Below, piece after piece: positions 1 through 9,659 of a stretch of DNA of 32,000 nucleotides. A program made the translations under genes and the position numbers. The notes under the pieces are model-generated. The model had not been told where the DNA came from, made no database searches, and saw only the letters and a program-made list of their open reading frames with translations. Source of the stretch: Candidatus Heimdallarchaeota archaeon (GTDB lineage: Archaea > Asgardarchaeota > Heimdallarchaeia > Heimdallarchaeales > Kariarchaeaceae); NCBI GenBank assembly GCA_030149205.1, contig JASBSB010000007.1, positions 300,001 through 332,000 of the forward strand, in the 5' to 3' direction. The number at the start of each line of letters is the position of its first letter. Positions within the stretch are counted from its first letter, which is position 1.

Positions 1-1518
1 GTCTGGCCAATACTTGATGAGATAATCGTCCTGAGCACAACCATTCAAACACTTGAGATACAGGCTGAACAGGTCATCACCAGTGAAAATCAGGATGTGA
101 GAATAACCGGATTTGTCGTCTGGAGAATTGAAGATCCAGTAAAGGCTTATCAGTCAATTAAGAGCTCCCAGAATCTGGAGGTAATGACAGAGATAAATGT
201 CACCCTCTCAAAACTAGTAGAGGCAATAATAAGAACAACTGTTGCACGCCTCTCCCTGGACCAGATACTCAGAGAAAGAACCCTCATTCTTGAAGCAATC
301 ATGGGTGAGCTACTCCCCGTCGTAGAACCACTTGGGCTTGTGATTAACACCTCAGAAATACGACACGTTGATGTTGTTGATAACAAGCTGTTCTTTGACC
401 TGCAAGAGACCTACAGGCAAGAAGCAAGGCTTGTCGCAGAAAAAGTAAAAATTGATACTGAAAGGGAAATTGAGAAAAGTCAAGCAAAGTCAACCCAAGA
501 CGTCAGAATTTTTACTGCTGAACAAGTTGAAGCCGCAAGCCTCAGGGAAATTGCCAGAGATAAGGCAATCGTTGAAGGTGAACAGCAAAAAGAGGTCAGT
601 CAGAAGAAAAAAGAAGGTGCTGTCCTGATCCAAGACCTGGAAAACAAAGTCCTTGGATCCAAGAAGGATAAGGAAAAGCTCCAAGTTGAGGCCGAAACTA
701 ACCTTATGCAAATTGAGATTCAAGCAGAGGCAAAGAAAAAGAGGCTCATCCTTGAAGAAATACAAGTCGAGGCTGAAAAGAGAAAGCTATTGGCTGAAGC
801 AGAGGCTGAAGCAATAAAGATGAAAGCAGAGGCAGACAAAGAGTCAAAGGAACTTGCTGCTGAGGCAGAAGCAATGCGTATCACAAAAATTGCAGAAGCG
901 ACCAAGAAATCATTGCTGGCTGAAGCAGAAGGTAAAAAGGCTGTTCTGCTGGCAGAGGCAGAGGGTCTCAGGGAAAAAGTCAAAGCCCAAGGATATGTCA
1001 ACGAGGCAATGATAATGCAAGAACTCATTCAACAATTGCCAAGCATAGCCTCATCTATCAAAGTTGGTGAAGTCAACTGGCTAAACATGGGTGGAAAAGG
1101 TAACAACGGTGAAAGCCCACTGGGGATAATCCCCAAGAATATGTTAGAGATCATGGCACTCTCAAAAACCTTCGGACTTGATATCGAGAACCTCCTTTCA
1201 AAGATCCGAGGTAAACCTATTCAGGGAACAAATGACTCCCAACAAGTACTTGTTCAACAAGTCCCTGAAGGAGAAAGTCCTGCACCATTGACCAACACCC
1301 TAAAACCAGTCTTTGATGATGATGGAAAGGTTGTGGCTGTGACACTGGGTGATGATGACCACCGATTCGATGTTCCTGAGGGCATAAATGTCCTGGTAAA
1401 TGACCAAGGTGAGATCAAGGGAGTTGACATCAATGATGACGGTATCCCTGAGATTGAGGATTTATCTCAGATCGTCGCTATGCTTCAACAACCTGCTGCT
1501 CAAACTACTGTACTTTAA
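1..1518 (+). CDS. Flotillin-like SPFH/band-7 protein, 5'-truncated by the window edge
   Basis: Frame is open from base 1 (VWPILDEIIVLSTTIQTLEIQAEQVITSENQDVRITGFVVWRIEDP, a typical SPFH pattern), so the ORF-track GTG at 97 is internal. SPFH domain is followed by an EA-rich flotillin-type coiled coil (EAEAEA, AEAEG) and an acidic C-terminal extension. Confidence 0.9.
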   Translation, partial: VWPILDEIIVLSTTIQTLEIQAEQVITSENQDVRITGFVVWRIEDPVKAYQSIKSSQNLEVMTEINVTLSKLVEAIIRTTVARLSLDQILRERTLILEAIMGELLPVVEPLGLVINTSEIRHVDVVDNKLFFDLQETYRQEARLVAEKVKIDTEREIEKSQAKSTQDVRIFTAEQVEAASLREIARDKAIVEGEQQKEVSQKKKEGAVLIQDLENKVLGSKKDKEKLQVEAETNLMQIEIQAEAKKKRLILEEIQVEAEKRKLLAEAEAEAIKMKAEADKESKELAAEAEAMRITKIAEATKKSLLAEAEGKKAVLLAEAEGLREKVKAQGYVNEAMIMQELIQQLPSIASSIKVGEVNWLNMGGKGNNGESPLGIIPKNMLEIMALSKTFGLDIENLLSKIRGKPIQGTNDSQQVLVQQVPEGESPAPLTNTLKPVFDDDGKVVAVTLGDDDHRFDVPEGINVLVNDQGEIKGVDINDDGIPEIEDLSQIVAMLQQPAAQTTVL

Positions 1519-1956
1519 GGTTAACAACCCTCCATATTAATCCCCAATTAAATGAAAGTTAAATGTAAAATCAGTTACACAATTAAATAAAAATTACTTG
1601 TAAAATCAGTTGAAAAACCGAAGGTAAAGTCAGCTACAACAAAATCAAGATTAACTTAACAAATTGATATGAGTAAGAGTATTCTAAATTAAATATGGAT
1701 GGGTCTGAAAAATAATCATTTTGCTAATGTTGTATGTTCATAATCTATTGAAAAGGTGATTAATGTTTTACCTTGGTTATAATTAAGCTTTCAGTTTTTG
1801 AAGAATGGAAGCAAACTTGGATAATTACCTCATAATTCCTCTACAGGGCAACAGCACCCTTATCAATAAATTGAATTTGGAATACTAAAAAACTATTCAA
1901 ACATATCTATCCATCTAGATCTGAGGGAATCAACTTGTACAACTTCTCAAGCATCC

Positions 1957-1970
1957 AAATCCTTATATGA
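1957..1970 (+). promoter_or_regulatory. Putative archaeal BRE/TATA promoter of the VOC gene
   Basis: AAATCC-TTATATG about 25 bp upstream of ATG 1992; no SD motif, consistent with a leaderless transcript. Confidence 0.55.
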
Positions 1971-1991
1971 AATTCACACTTCTCAAATCTT

Positions 1992-2720
1992 ATGGCACTT
2001 GGAAAAGCAGTCCATATTGTCCGAGGAGTGAAGAACTATGATGAAACACTCCCCTTTTACAAAAATCTGGGATACAGGGTCGTACAAGAGGGAAAGTCCC
2101 CGTTCAATGACAACAGGTTTACCCTGCTGACTGATGAGACCATGAACATCGTCCTCTCAGAGGATAACATGACCTACACTGGTCTGATCTATTTTGATCC
2201 TGATATCAAACCCACTGTTGAGAAGCTTGAAAAACAGGGTTTTAGCTTCTTCTGGAAGCATGAGAATGATGGAGAGACCCATCAGGCAATGTTTGAGGTG
2301 ATGCCGGAGGTCTTTGGCATAAATCTTGTTAAGTCAAGCTACGACCAAAAACTCAAACCACCACGCAAAATCTCTGAAAAATTGGGGAGGTTTGGCGAGT
2401 TTGCAATACCTGTGGAGAGCTATGATAAGCTAAGACCTACATTGCTAAAACTGGGATTTACCCCAACACTTGAGGAAAAAGAACCTTATCCATGGGGAAT
2501 CTTTGGTGATGGGTTGGTTTATCTGGGGGTTCATCAGACCAAGGACTTTGACAGCATAACCTTGACATACTTTGCAAAAGATATGAATCAACGGATCGAA
2601 GGATTTAAAGAAAAAGGATTCGAACCAAAAGAACTGAGCCCAGGAAATATCAGCCTCACAGCTCCTGATGGGCAACGATTTTATTTCTTTACTGGTGACA
2701 TCGAAAGTGCTTTTGAGTAG
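1992..2720 (+). CDS. VOC/glyoxalase-bleomycin resistance fold protein (repeated VOC modules)
   Basis: Repeated beta-alpha-beta-beta-beta pattern: HIVRGVKNYDETLPFYKNLGY, EFAIPVESYDKLRPTLLKLGF, LTAPDGQRFYF. Confidence 0.7.
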   Translation: MALGKAVHIVRGVKNYDETLPFYKNLGYRVVQEGKSPFNDNRFTLLTDETMNIVLSEDNMTYTGLIYFDPDIKPTVEKLEKQGFSFFWKHENDGETHQAMFEVMPEVFGINLVKSSYDQKLKPPRKISEKLGRFGEFAIPVESYDKLRPTLLKLGFTPTLEEKEPYPWGIFGDGLVYLGVHQTKDFDSITLTYFAKDMNQRIEGFKEKGFEPKELSPGNISLTAPDGQRFYFFTGDIESAFE

Positions 2721-2997
2721 TCAATAATCTATTCTTGAACTGTGGTTAGAAACTTCCATTTACTATTTATTAGATAATAAGCAACCTGTTGTATCTCAGT
2801 TGAATAGTCGTCTCATATTCTCTAATCATCATTGATTTATGTAGCCAACGGCCACTTATTTGTCGTTCAAAGTTATCTTCGAATTCATACAAACCAAATT
2901 ACAAGTTGGCTATACTTTGACTTATATTTGTCTCCTCTGTTCTCTTTCGACTTAGACCTCAAGCCTAATCAATATGCCTGTGATTGACACATCAATT

Positions 2998-4032
2998 TTA
3001 TTTAACTTGATCTTTGAGGTTTTGAAAATTAAAAGTATATTCATTCCCTGTCAAAAAAGGTTTGAATCCCATTCTTGTGTTAATTGAAAGCATTGGTGCA
3101 TTGGTGGTTGCATTGCCTGTGGTAATGTACTTCACATCTGGGTAACGGTCAAAAAAGTCTTTCAACAAGCTTGCCTTTAACCATTTTCCCAACCCACGAC
3201 CACGATACCTCTGATCCACACCAGTAAGGCCCTGAAAGGCTTTGTGAGGGACTTGTGAGTTGGAAAATATCTCTGTCAGTCCACTGATGGTACCATCTTT
3301 CTCAACGGTTATCATCGTTTGGTTGAGTGTACCCTGCTCCTCTCTCCTTTTTTCATCCTCACGGAGAGATTTTGGGGTCACCTTGATCTCACCATCATAA
3401 TCTCCCAATGGTTGCTGATTCATTGTCTCACTGTAAATCTTGGTGTACGCTTCTATAATGTCATCAGGAACCTTTTCAAAGTATCTGATCTTGACACCCT
3501 CTGCTGCTCCAAGTTTTTCTCCATCTGCGATCCAGCTGTCCATGAGGTTCCAATCAATCTCCTCAATCCTCAGTCGGTTCTCACTGCCAGACATTGAAGT
3601 CTTCCCACCGAGTTTCTCCGCAAATTTCTTGCCAAGTTCATGATGGGCACCACCCATAACTTTTTTGACCTCTGGATACCCCTCTGCATTTTTAATACAA
3701 TGCTTTAACAGTTCCGTACCAATTCCGCGATGTCGATAATCTGGGGACGTACGCACACTCATCCACATAATGTGCTTATCAGTCTCATAATTTGGTGCTT
3801 CTTTGCTGACTATCACTGTCTGGGCATCTCCCACAACCTTGTCTTCCTCCATTGCAAGCCATCGGTGAACCTCAATCTCTGGATTCTTCTGGCGTAACAT
3901 TAACAAACGCCAGTTACGGTCTGGAATAGGATCGTCAGGGTCTGTTTCCTTTTTTATAAGGTCAGAATGCTCAAACAACTTGAAGCAAAGCTCATCCTCC
4001 GCCTTTTCAGGATCAAATGATATGATTTCCAT
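2998..4032 (-). CDS. Tandem GNAT-family N-acetyltransferase
   Basis: Two acetyl-CoA binding motifs, PDYRHRGIG and QRYRGRGLG, plus NATTNAPMLSINTRMGF. Confidence 0.9.
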   Translation of the reverse strand: MEIISFDPEKAEDELCFKLFEHSDLIKKETDPDDPIPDRNWRLLMLRQKNPEIEVHRWLAMEEDKVVGDAQTVIVSKEAPNYETDKHIMWMSVRTSPDYRHRGIGTELLKHCIKNAEGYPEVKKVMGGAHHELGKKFAEKLGGKTSMSGSENRLRIEEIDWNLMDSWIADGEKLGAAEGVKIRYFEKVPDDIIEAYTKIYSETMNQQPLGDYDGEIKVTPKSLREDEKRREEQGTLNQTMITVEKDGTISGLTEIFSNSQVPHKAFQGLTGVDQRYRGRGLGKWLKASLLKDFFDRYPDVKYITTGNATTNAPMLSINTRMGFKPFLTGNEYTFNFQNLKDQVK

Positions 4033-4052
4033 GCAGGTATATGGACAGTACG

Positions 4053-4067
4053 TTTATTAAGCTTTAA
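4053..4067 (-). promoter_or_regulatory. Putative BRE/TATA promoter of the GNAT gene
   Basis: Minus strand TTAAAGC-TTAATAAA about 25 bp before ATG 4032. Confidence 0.55.
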
Positions 4068-4229
4068 TACACCTTGCGGTGTATCAACAAAAATTAATAG
4101 TTAATGAATTGGAGGACAAAAGACTAAACCTCTTTTAACTTAAGAAACTAATTGAAACAAACCAATGCAGTTCTTCAAAACGATTTGTTAAAAAATTTGT
4201 TCTAACTCAATAAATAAACCCATATTCGA

Positions 4230-5273
4230 TTAAAGATGTTGAGCTGGCTTTAAAACACCTGAGAGAATATTTAAAACCAAAATCATCAGAGGAATAAAAA
4301 GGACAATTGCAACAGCAATTCTTTGTCTTCCTTTACGAGGGTTTCTGTTTTCTTCTCTGTCAATTAAAGGAATAATAAAAAGCAAGAAAGTGATAATTGA
4401 CGGGAAAATGACTATTGCCATTACACCCCATATGTTCTCCAAAGGATACCAGGGTAGAAATATCCAATCTGGTCTTGATACCTCAGTTCCCACTATTGGT
4501 GCTGGTCTGGAAACCGCTGGGAAGAAAAGAGATAAAACTGAGATTGCAACAAAAAAAGAAATGCTATAAAGCGTGACAGCTTTAATATGATCCAAAAAGG
4601 ATATTTGTGACTCCTGTCTCCAAATCTTTTCCTCTTTGGGAAGACTACTGATTCCCACCAGCTTAATCACCGTCACATGCGCACCAATTAGTAAGATCAA
4701 TACCATTGGTAAGATGCTAACATGAAACAGATAAATTCTTGAAAGCAATGGAGCAGTTACTGTGAGTTCAGAGGTAAACAAAATTCCACCCAGAGGTGCA
4801 AAAATCTTTCCAATCTCCTCAAAATGAGCTAAAGCTTCAAATCCAGCTTGATCCCACTTTAAGACTGAGCCAGTAAAGATCAGTGTAAAAGTGGTAAGCA
4901 ATAATATTATCCCTAGGAACCAGTTAATCTGTCTTTTACCCTTATATGATCCAGTTAAAGTTATCCTAATGATATGCAAGAAAATTAATACTGGTATAAT
5001 TTCTGCAGTCCAGATGTGAACCCCACGAATATATCTCATAAAAACATTGTTGGTTATTTCTGTGACACTTTGATTGGCTAACTGAGGGTTTGGGGTGTAG
5101 AACAACCCAAGCAAAGCTCCAGTGATACCCATCACTAGGAATGAAAACAATAACAGGCTTCCCAAAACATATCCAAAAGAATTAGCTGAGTTTGGAACGG
5201 CGTACCTAAGCACATTAATGTCAAACCACTTAGAACTGCCATTGTTGTCACTAACATGTTCAATGCTATCCAT
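4230..5273 (-). CDS. Cytochrome b of Rieske/cytb-complex type (b6-like domain fused to a subunit IV-like domain), 347 aa
   Basis: Four heme-ligand His (RGVH-x13-H, FH-x14-H), GSY..R..NW..G, TG..L.WDQ and Qo-motif variant RPDWIFLPWY. Start placed at ATG 5273, preceded by SD-like AGGAGGT and 1 nt after the upstream stop. Confidence 0.9.
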   Translation of the reverse strand: MDSIEHVSDNNGSSKWFDINVLRYAVPNSANSFGYVLGSLLLFSFLVMGITGALLGLFYTPNPQLANQSVTEITNNVFMRYIRGVHIWTAEIIPVLIFLHIIRITLTGSYKGKRQINWFLGIILLLTTFTLIFTGSVLKWDQAGFEALAHFEEIGKIFAPLGGILFTSELTVTAPLLSRIYLFHVSILPMVLILLIGAHVTVIKLVGISSLPKEEKIWRQESQISFLDHIKAVTLYSISFFVAISVLSLFFPAVSRPAPIVGTEVSRPDWIFLPWYPLENIWGVMAIVIFPSIITFLLFIIPLIDREENRNPRKGRQRIAVAIVLFIPLMILVLNILSGVLKPAQHL

Positions 5274-5274
5274 C

Positions 5275-6126
5275 TTAATTCGACCTCCTAATCGGAACCA
5301 CTTCATACTTCACCACAAAGTACACTGATAAAATGAATAAAATAGACGGCCATAGCAGTATAGTCTCCCAAGAGGGGCTATTTGCCATAATTTGCTCAAT
5401 CTGTGCCGCTGTTTCTCCCACTCTAAGCAGGTAAACTGGGATAGGTTGTGTCTTAGTTACAACCGTTGAAAGAAGATTGTCACCCTCACCTCTAATAACG
5501 ACTAGGTCAAGAAGAGCCCCTAACTCAGGCAAAATATCCGTCACAGACCCGACACCAGATGAGCGATGATAGTTTTCTGGCAAGAGTGGAATCATAAACT
5601 CATAGTTCCTTGTGTCATTAACTACATTAACCGCACCGACAAAGGAAACCCTATTTGAGGTCTCAACAACTGGTGCATCATAGTCACTGTGACTTAGAAC
5701 AACTGATTGAATGTAACTTCCATTTTTAACTGTGCTTACAGATCCATTGTTAACCCCACCCACAAAAAATAGAGAATCTGGATTTGTATTCTTGTGCAAC
5801 GCTCTGTTTTTTACACCCACCCCTGCGAACTCTGCACCGTCTGTGGTTACTGATACAAACATAGCTGTCTTGTTGTGGCTAATTCTAACCTCATCCAAAA
5901 AACCTGTGATGTTAAAATGACCAGCCTCTGGAAAATCTTTCAGGTTGATTTTACCATCTATAACTGGAGAACTGTTCGTATAGGGAACCAGCAACATCGG
6001 ACCCTTGTAGGTCGAAGTACTCGCACCACCATGTCCATTTACGATTTGTACTGGTTGAAATATCATCAACAGCATGAGAACAAATGTTAATGAACCAAAT
6101 TTATACAATTGAGAACCTTTCATCAT
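5275..6126 (-). CDS. Exported, C-terminally anchored protein with a DOMON/CBM9-like domain
   Basis: Signal peptide ending ..VNG followed by HGG, SPVIDGKI motif, HNKTAMFVSV...FAGVG pattern, C-terminal TM helix; translationally coupled to the cytochrome b. Fold call is from motifs only. Confidence 0.5.
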   Translation of the reverse strand: MMKGSQLYKFGSLTFVLMLLMIFQPVQIVNGHGGASTSTYKGPMLLVPYTNSSPVIDGKINLKDFPEAGHFNITGFLDEVRISHNKTAMFVSVTTDGAEFAGVGVKNRALHKNTNPDSLFFVGGVNNGSVSTVKNGSYIQSVVLSHSDYDAPVVETSNRVSFVGAVNVVNDTRNYEFMIPLLPENYHRSSGVGSVTDILPELGALLDLVVIRGEGDNLLSTVVTKTQPIPVYLLRVGETAAQIEQIMANSPSWETILLWPSILFILSVYFVVKYEVVPIRRSN

Positions 6127-6153
6127 ATATCTCTCACTGACATATCAATTACT

Positions 6154-6169
6154 GATATATAAGCTTTAG
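6154..6169 (-). promoter_or_regulatory. BRE/TATA promoter of the DOMON-like/cytochrome b operon
   Basis: Minus strand CTAAAGC-TTATATATC about 30 bp before ATG 6126. Confidence 0.65.
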
Positions 6170-6308
6170 TTTGTATAGCAATCTTTATGGGTTTCATTTG
6201 ATAAGAAATTGAAAGCTTCATCGGTTAAAAGGAAAATCATCTTCTAATCTATACCAAGAGAGATTTCCCAAACCTCTAGACTCATAAATAATTAATTAAC
6301 CCAAAACC

Positions 6309-7001
6309 ATGAACATCATCATAACAGGTGCATCATCGGGTGTCGGTGAACACCTCGCATACAGACTCATAAATCAATCACACAGGGTAATCATCACTGG
6401 AAGATCCGAAGATAGGCTCAAAAAGGTAACTGAGAAGCTGAACCAGAACAACACCGAGGGTCATTACATAGTAGGAGAGCTTGACACCATTGAGGGGGCA
6501 CAGCATGTTATTGCAAAGATAAGGGAGCTTGTATCAACTGTTGACCTCCTAGTTCTCAATGCAGGTGTGGGTGCATTTGGAATGATTGAAGACCTATCTT
6601 TGCAGGATTATGAGAGCGTATTTAACACAAATGTCAGACACGTGTTTATGATCCTCAATGAGTTTGTTCCACTCATGAAGGAGCAAAAGAAGGGACAGAT
6701 CATCATAACCAGCTCTAACCTAGGCATCAACACCATTGCCAGAGGAAGCGTCTACTGTGCATCTAAATTTGCGGTTCAGGGTATGGTGGGTTCTCTCAGG
6801 CAGGAGCTCAGAGGAACCGGTGTGAAGCTGGCAACCATAAACCCTGGACAGATTGACACACCATGGTTTGGAGACCATGACCCTAACACCAAGCGAACAG
6901 ACAGACTCGATGTGGAGGAGGTTGTCGATGCCTTTATGACAGTCATCAACCAAGGTACATATTCTAACATTGATAAGATACACCTTCTGCCAAACTACTA
7001 A
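6309..7001 (+). CDS. Classical SDR family NAD(P)-dependent oxidoreductase
   Basis: TGASSGVG, LNAG, catalytic YCASK, INPG motifs. Confidence 0.95.
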   Translation: MNIIITGASSGVGEHLAYRLINQSHRVIITGRSEDRLKKVTEKLNQNNTEGHYIVGELDTIEGAQHVIAKIRELVSTVDLLVLNAGVGAFGMIEDLSLQDYESVFNTNVRHVFMILNEFVPLMKEQKKGQIIITSSNLGINTIARGSVYCASKFAVQGMVGSLRQELRGTGVKLATINPGQIDTPWFGDHDPNTKRTDRLDVEEVVDAFMTVINQGTYSNIDKIHLLPNY

Positions 7002-7136
7002 AGTAAGAATATGAAGAACAAAGCTAATTAGATTAGAGAACTCTGGAAGATTAGGGAGTGTGTGAGTCAATAGAAACTCAGGGAATATCAGCTCTCACAA
7101 CAAAATATTTTTACTGCCAAAAAATATCCACTAGAT

Positions 7137-8399
7137 ATGAGGTTGATGATCCTTTTTATTCTTCTAATTCTTTTAAACCCCACACATCAATCTATAATTC
7201 ATCAAGGTAACCCGTCAAATCAATCAACAAGACAACCGTCAAGACTTCAGTCAAGACATCAGTCAAGAGATTCAACAATTCAACAAACAAGTCAAGAATC
7301 AAACAATCGGGAAAGTCATTCAGCAGTATATCAGCAAAATACTCACACCAATACCCTAACTTACATCATGCAAACCAATAAACCCCCAACTATCCACATT
7401 AACAATGATACTGAACTACGCAACTACGCCAAAATAAATGGTTGGGAGGGAACTGGAACACCAGCTAATCCAATAAAAATTCACGGGCTGAGACTGAGCT
7501 ACAACCAATCAACCTCTAATAAAATGTCATCACCCTTGATTACCATCAACAACACAAGCCTTCACCTTGAGGTATCTTCTGTATCACTCATCAGCACAAC
7601 CTATGCTGGGATGCTGATAGAAAACTCAACAAATATCACAGTCAAATCAGGAGGCATTCACACCACAGATTTTGGGCTCAAAATACAGTCCTCTCAGAAT
7701 ATCACTATCAGAAATAACTCATTTAGAAAATCACCCGTACAGATCAATAATTCTTCAAAAACAAACGTGCTGAATAATTTGATGACAAACTCCAGCACAG
7801 GGATCTCTATCAACCACTCAACAGAGATCCAGATTGATGGAAACATCATTGCACCTTCCAAAAGTGAGGGAATTCTAATCAACAGGTCCACCTTGATAAC
7901 ACTGAATAATAACATAGCTCATGATTCCCAGACTGGGTTCTCAATCCTCAACTCAAAAAACATCACACTCAAAAACAATCAGGCGTACATTAACTGGAAA
8001 AATGGATTCTTCATAAAAGCATCAACAAATATCCTCATGTTTAACAATTCTGCCGATACAAATAACGTGGGTATCCTCCTGAATGCAGTGCAACACACAC
8101 TCATCCTGAACAACTCAATCTGCACGAACCAAATATATGGGATCTACCTTGAGTATTCAGGAAATAATGTTATTCAGTTCAACCTTTTTTGCTACAACTC
8201 ACAGGATATTGCCCTGCTCAACTCCATTAACAACACGATCAAAAATAACTACCACAAACCTGAAACCAAGCCCCAGCTTCTTGGAAACAACACAGGAATC
8301 ATCTTATTTATTGCTCTAGGGGTTTTTTTGATTCCGATAAGCGTGGCAATAGTTCCAAAATTTTGGGAACAGATATATCGAGATGACATCAAAAAATGA
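7137..8399 (+). CDS. Right-handed parallel beta-helix (NosD/PbH1-like) cell-surface protein
   Basis: Signal peptide, S/Q-rich spacer, IHINND..GWEGTGTPANPIKI cap, many GI.I.NS.NI.I.NN repeats, C-terminal TM and basic tail; abundant N-x-S/T sequons. Confidence 0.85.
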   Translation: MRLMILFILLILLNPTHQSIIHQGNPSNQSTRQPSRLQSRHQSRDSTIQQTSQESNNRESHSAVYQQNTHTNTLTYIMQTNKPPTIHINNDTELRNYAKINGWEGTGTPANPIKIHGLRLSYNQSTSNKMSSPLITINNTSLHLEVSSVSLISTTYAGMLIENSTNITVKSGGIHTTDFGLKIQSSQNITIRNNSFRKSPVQINNSSKTNVLNNLMTNSSTGISINHSTEIQIDGNIIAPSKSEGILINRSTLITLNNNIAHDSQTGFSILNSKNITLKNNQAYINWKNGFFIKASTNILMFNNSADTNNVGILLNAVQHTLILNNSICTNQIYGIYLEYSGNNVIQFNLFCYNSQDIALLNSINNTIKNNYHKPETKPQLLGNNTGIILFIALGVFLIPISVAIVPKFWEQIYRDDIKK

Positions 8400-8463
8400 A
8401 CACCAACAAAACAAATTCGAGACAGAGTTGTTTTTTGCATACACTCAGCAACTTACGTTACGT

Positions 8464-8488
8464 GCATCAAAACGTTTTTTTCCTATCA
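8464..8488 (+). promoter_or_regulatory. Putative promoter of paralog 1 (shared with paralog 2)
   Basis: GCATCAAAACGTTTTTTTCCTATCA starts 41 bp before ATG 8505; near-identical to 9620-9644. Confidence 0.55.
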
Positions 8489-8504
8489 TGATGATAATAA
8501 TCAC

Positions 8505-9377
8505 ATGGTAAGTTCAGATCTTCAGGCAGTGATATTTGTTGCTCTGCTCTTCTCTGTAACAATTCTAAACCTGATCATACTGCGTCTGGTTTGGACCAAG
8601 ATTTGGAAAGAGCCAGCAGTACTAAGAGCCTCAGTTCTCCTGTTTCTGCTCTTTGGTGCAGAGGCAGCAATCAGCGCCTCAGTGTTTCTCACACCACCAC
8701 AAAAGGATTTCACCAGACCAACAACCTACACATACGAACCTCTAAACTCAGCTAACCCAACAACTAACCTAACAAGAGCTGACCAACTCCATAAAATGCT
8801 TACACAGTCAGGAATCCATGACCCACTTGGACTTATGTTCGCCGATTACCCCTCAAATCACACAAAAGAAAGAAATATTCAGGTGGATCCAGCAAAACCG
8901 TACTACCGACTAAAAAATAAAAATCTCAATATTCCAACCCTCATACAGGTGCCTATCAATTGGTTGCAAAATTTCACTCTCCTTAAGGTCAAAGCAGAGA
9001 CATTCTTACAGATACCCCCAGAAAATGCATCGAGAATAAAACTCTATGTCTATCAGAACGGAAGCGTCTTTGACAGCAGGGTAAACCTAAAGATTAGGGT
9101 TACCGATGTGAAGACAAATGATATTGCTCTGGTTCTCCTCTCTTACAACCTGAAAACCGGATTTGCTGACATGGTAAACTTAATCTATGCAGGCAACGTA
9201 TACAACCCAAACAAAACAGACAAGCTCTATGCTGGGTCTGTATACACCCTATCCACAGAGAGTTTCATTAGAGGTCTTTCTTTTTTGTTTACTTTTCTGT
9301 TTGGGGGTGTGGCTGTCTTCTCCCTGATGATTTTCCCATTAGCCCATAGATTCACCCCTGCAACAAAAGAGACCTAG
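8505..9377 (+). CDS. Uncharacterised 3-TM membrane protein, tandem paralog 1 of 4
   Basis: Two N-terminal TMs, about 190 aa soluble domain with RADQLHKMLTQSGIHDPLG and PTLIQVP..WLQNFTLL..FLQIPPENASR, C-terminal TM. Confidence 0.85.
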   Translation: MVSSDLQAVIFVALLFSVTILNLIILRLVWTKIWKEPAVLRASVLLFLLFGAEAAISASVFLTPPQKDFTRPTTYTYEPLNSANPTTNLTRADQLHKMLTQSGIHDPLGLMFADYPSNHTKERNIQVDPAKPYYRLKNKNLNIPTLIQVPINWLQNFTLLKVKAETFLQIPPENASRIKLYVYQNGSVFDSRVNLKIRVTDVKTNDIALVLLSYNLKTGFADMVNLIYAGNVYNPNKTDKLYAGSVYTLSTESFIRGLSFLFTFLFGGVAVFSLMIFPLAHRFTPATKET

Positions 9378-9619
9378 TGAGCTATTCACAGCCAAGCTCA
9401 GGATTCAACTGTCACCACCACCTAAAAACAGTTCACCCCTCATGCATTACCACCCAAGTCCCTTTCTTGGTTCAATTACCCGCATTTCTCTCCAACTGCT
9501 CATCACTATACTCATTCGGACGGTGTATTTTATCCCCTTTTCACAATTCCCTCAATTTCGGTAACTCCCATTTATCCCCGCGCATATTTTTTTCTTACAT
9601 TGATTCACTGATAATTCTA

Positions 9620-9644
9620 GCATCAAAAGCTTTTTTTCTTACCA
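9620..9644 (+). promoter_or_regulatory. Putative promoter of paralog 2
   Basis: GCATCAAAAGCTTTTTTTCTTACCA starts 40 bp before ATG 9660; paralogs 1 and 2 both begin CATGGTAAGT. Confidence 0.55.
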
Positions 9645-9659
9645 CAACAATCATCCCTC

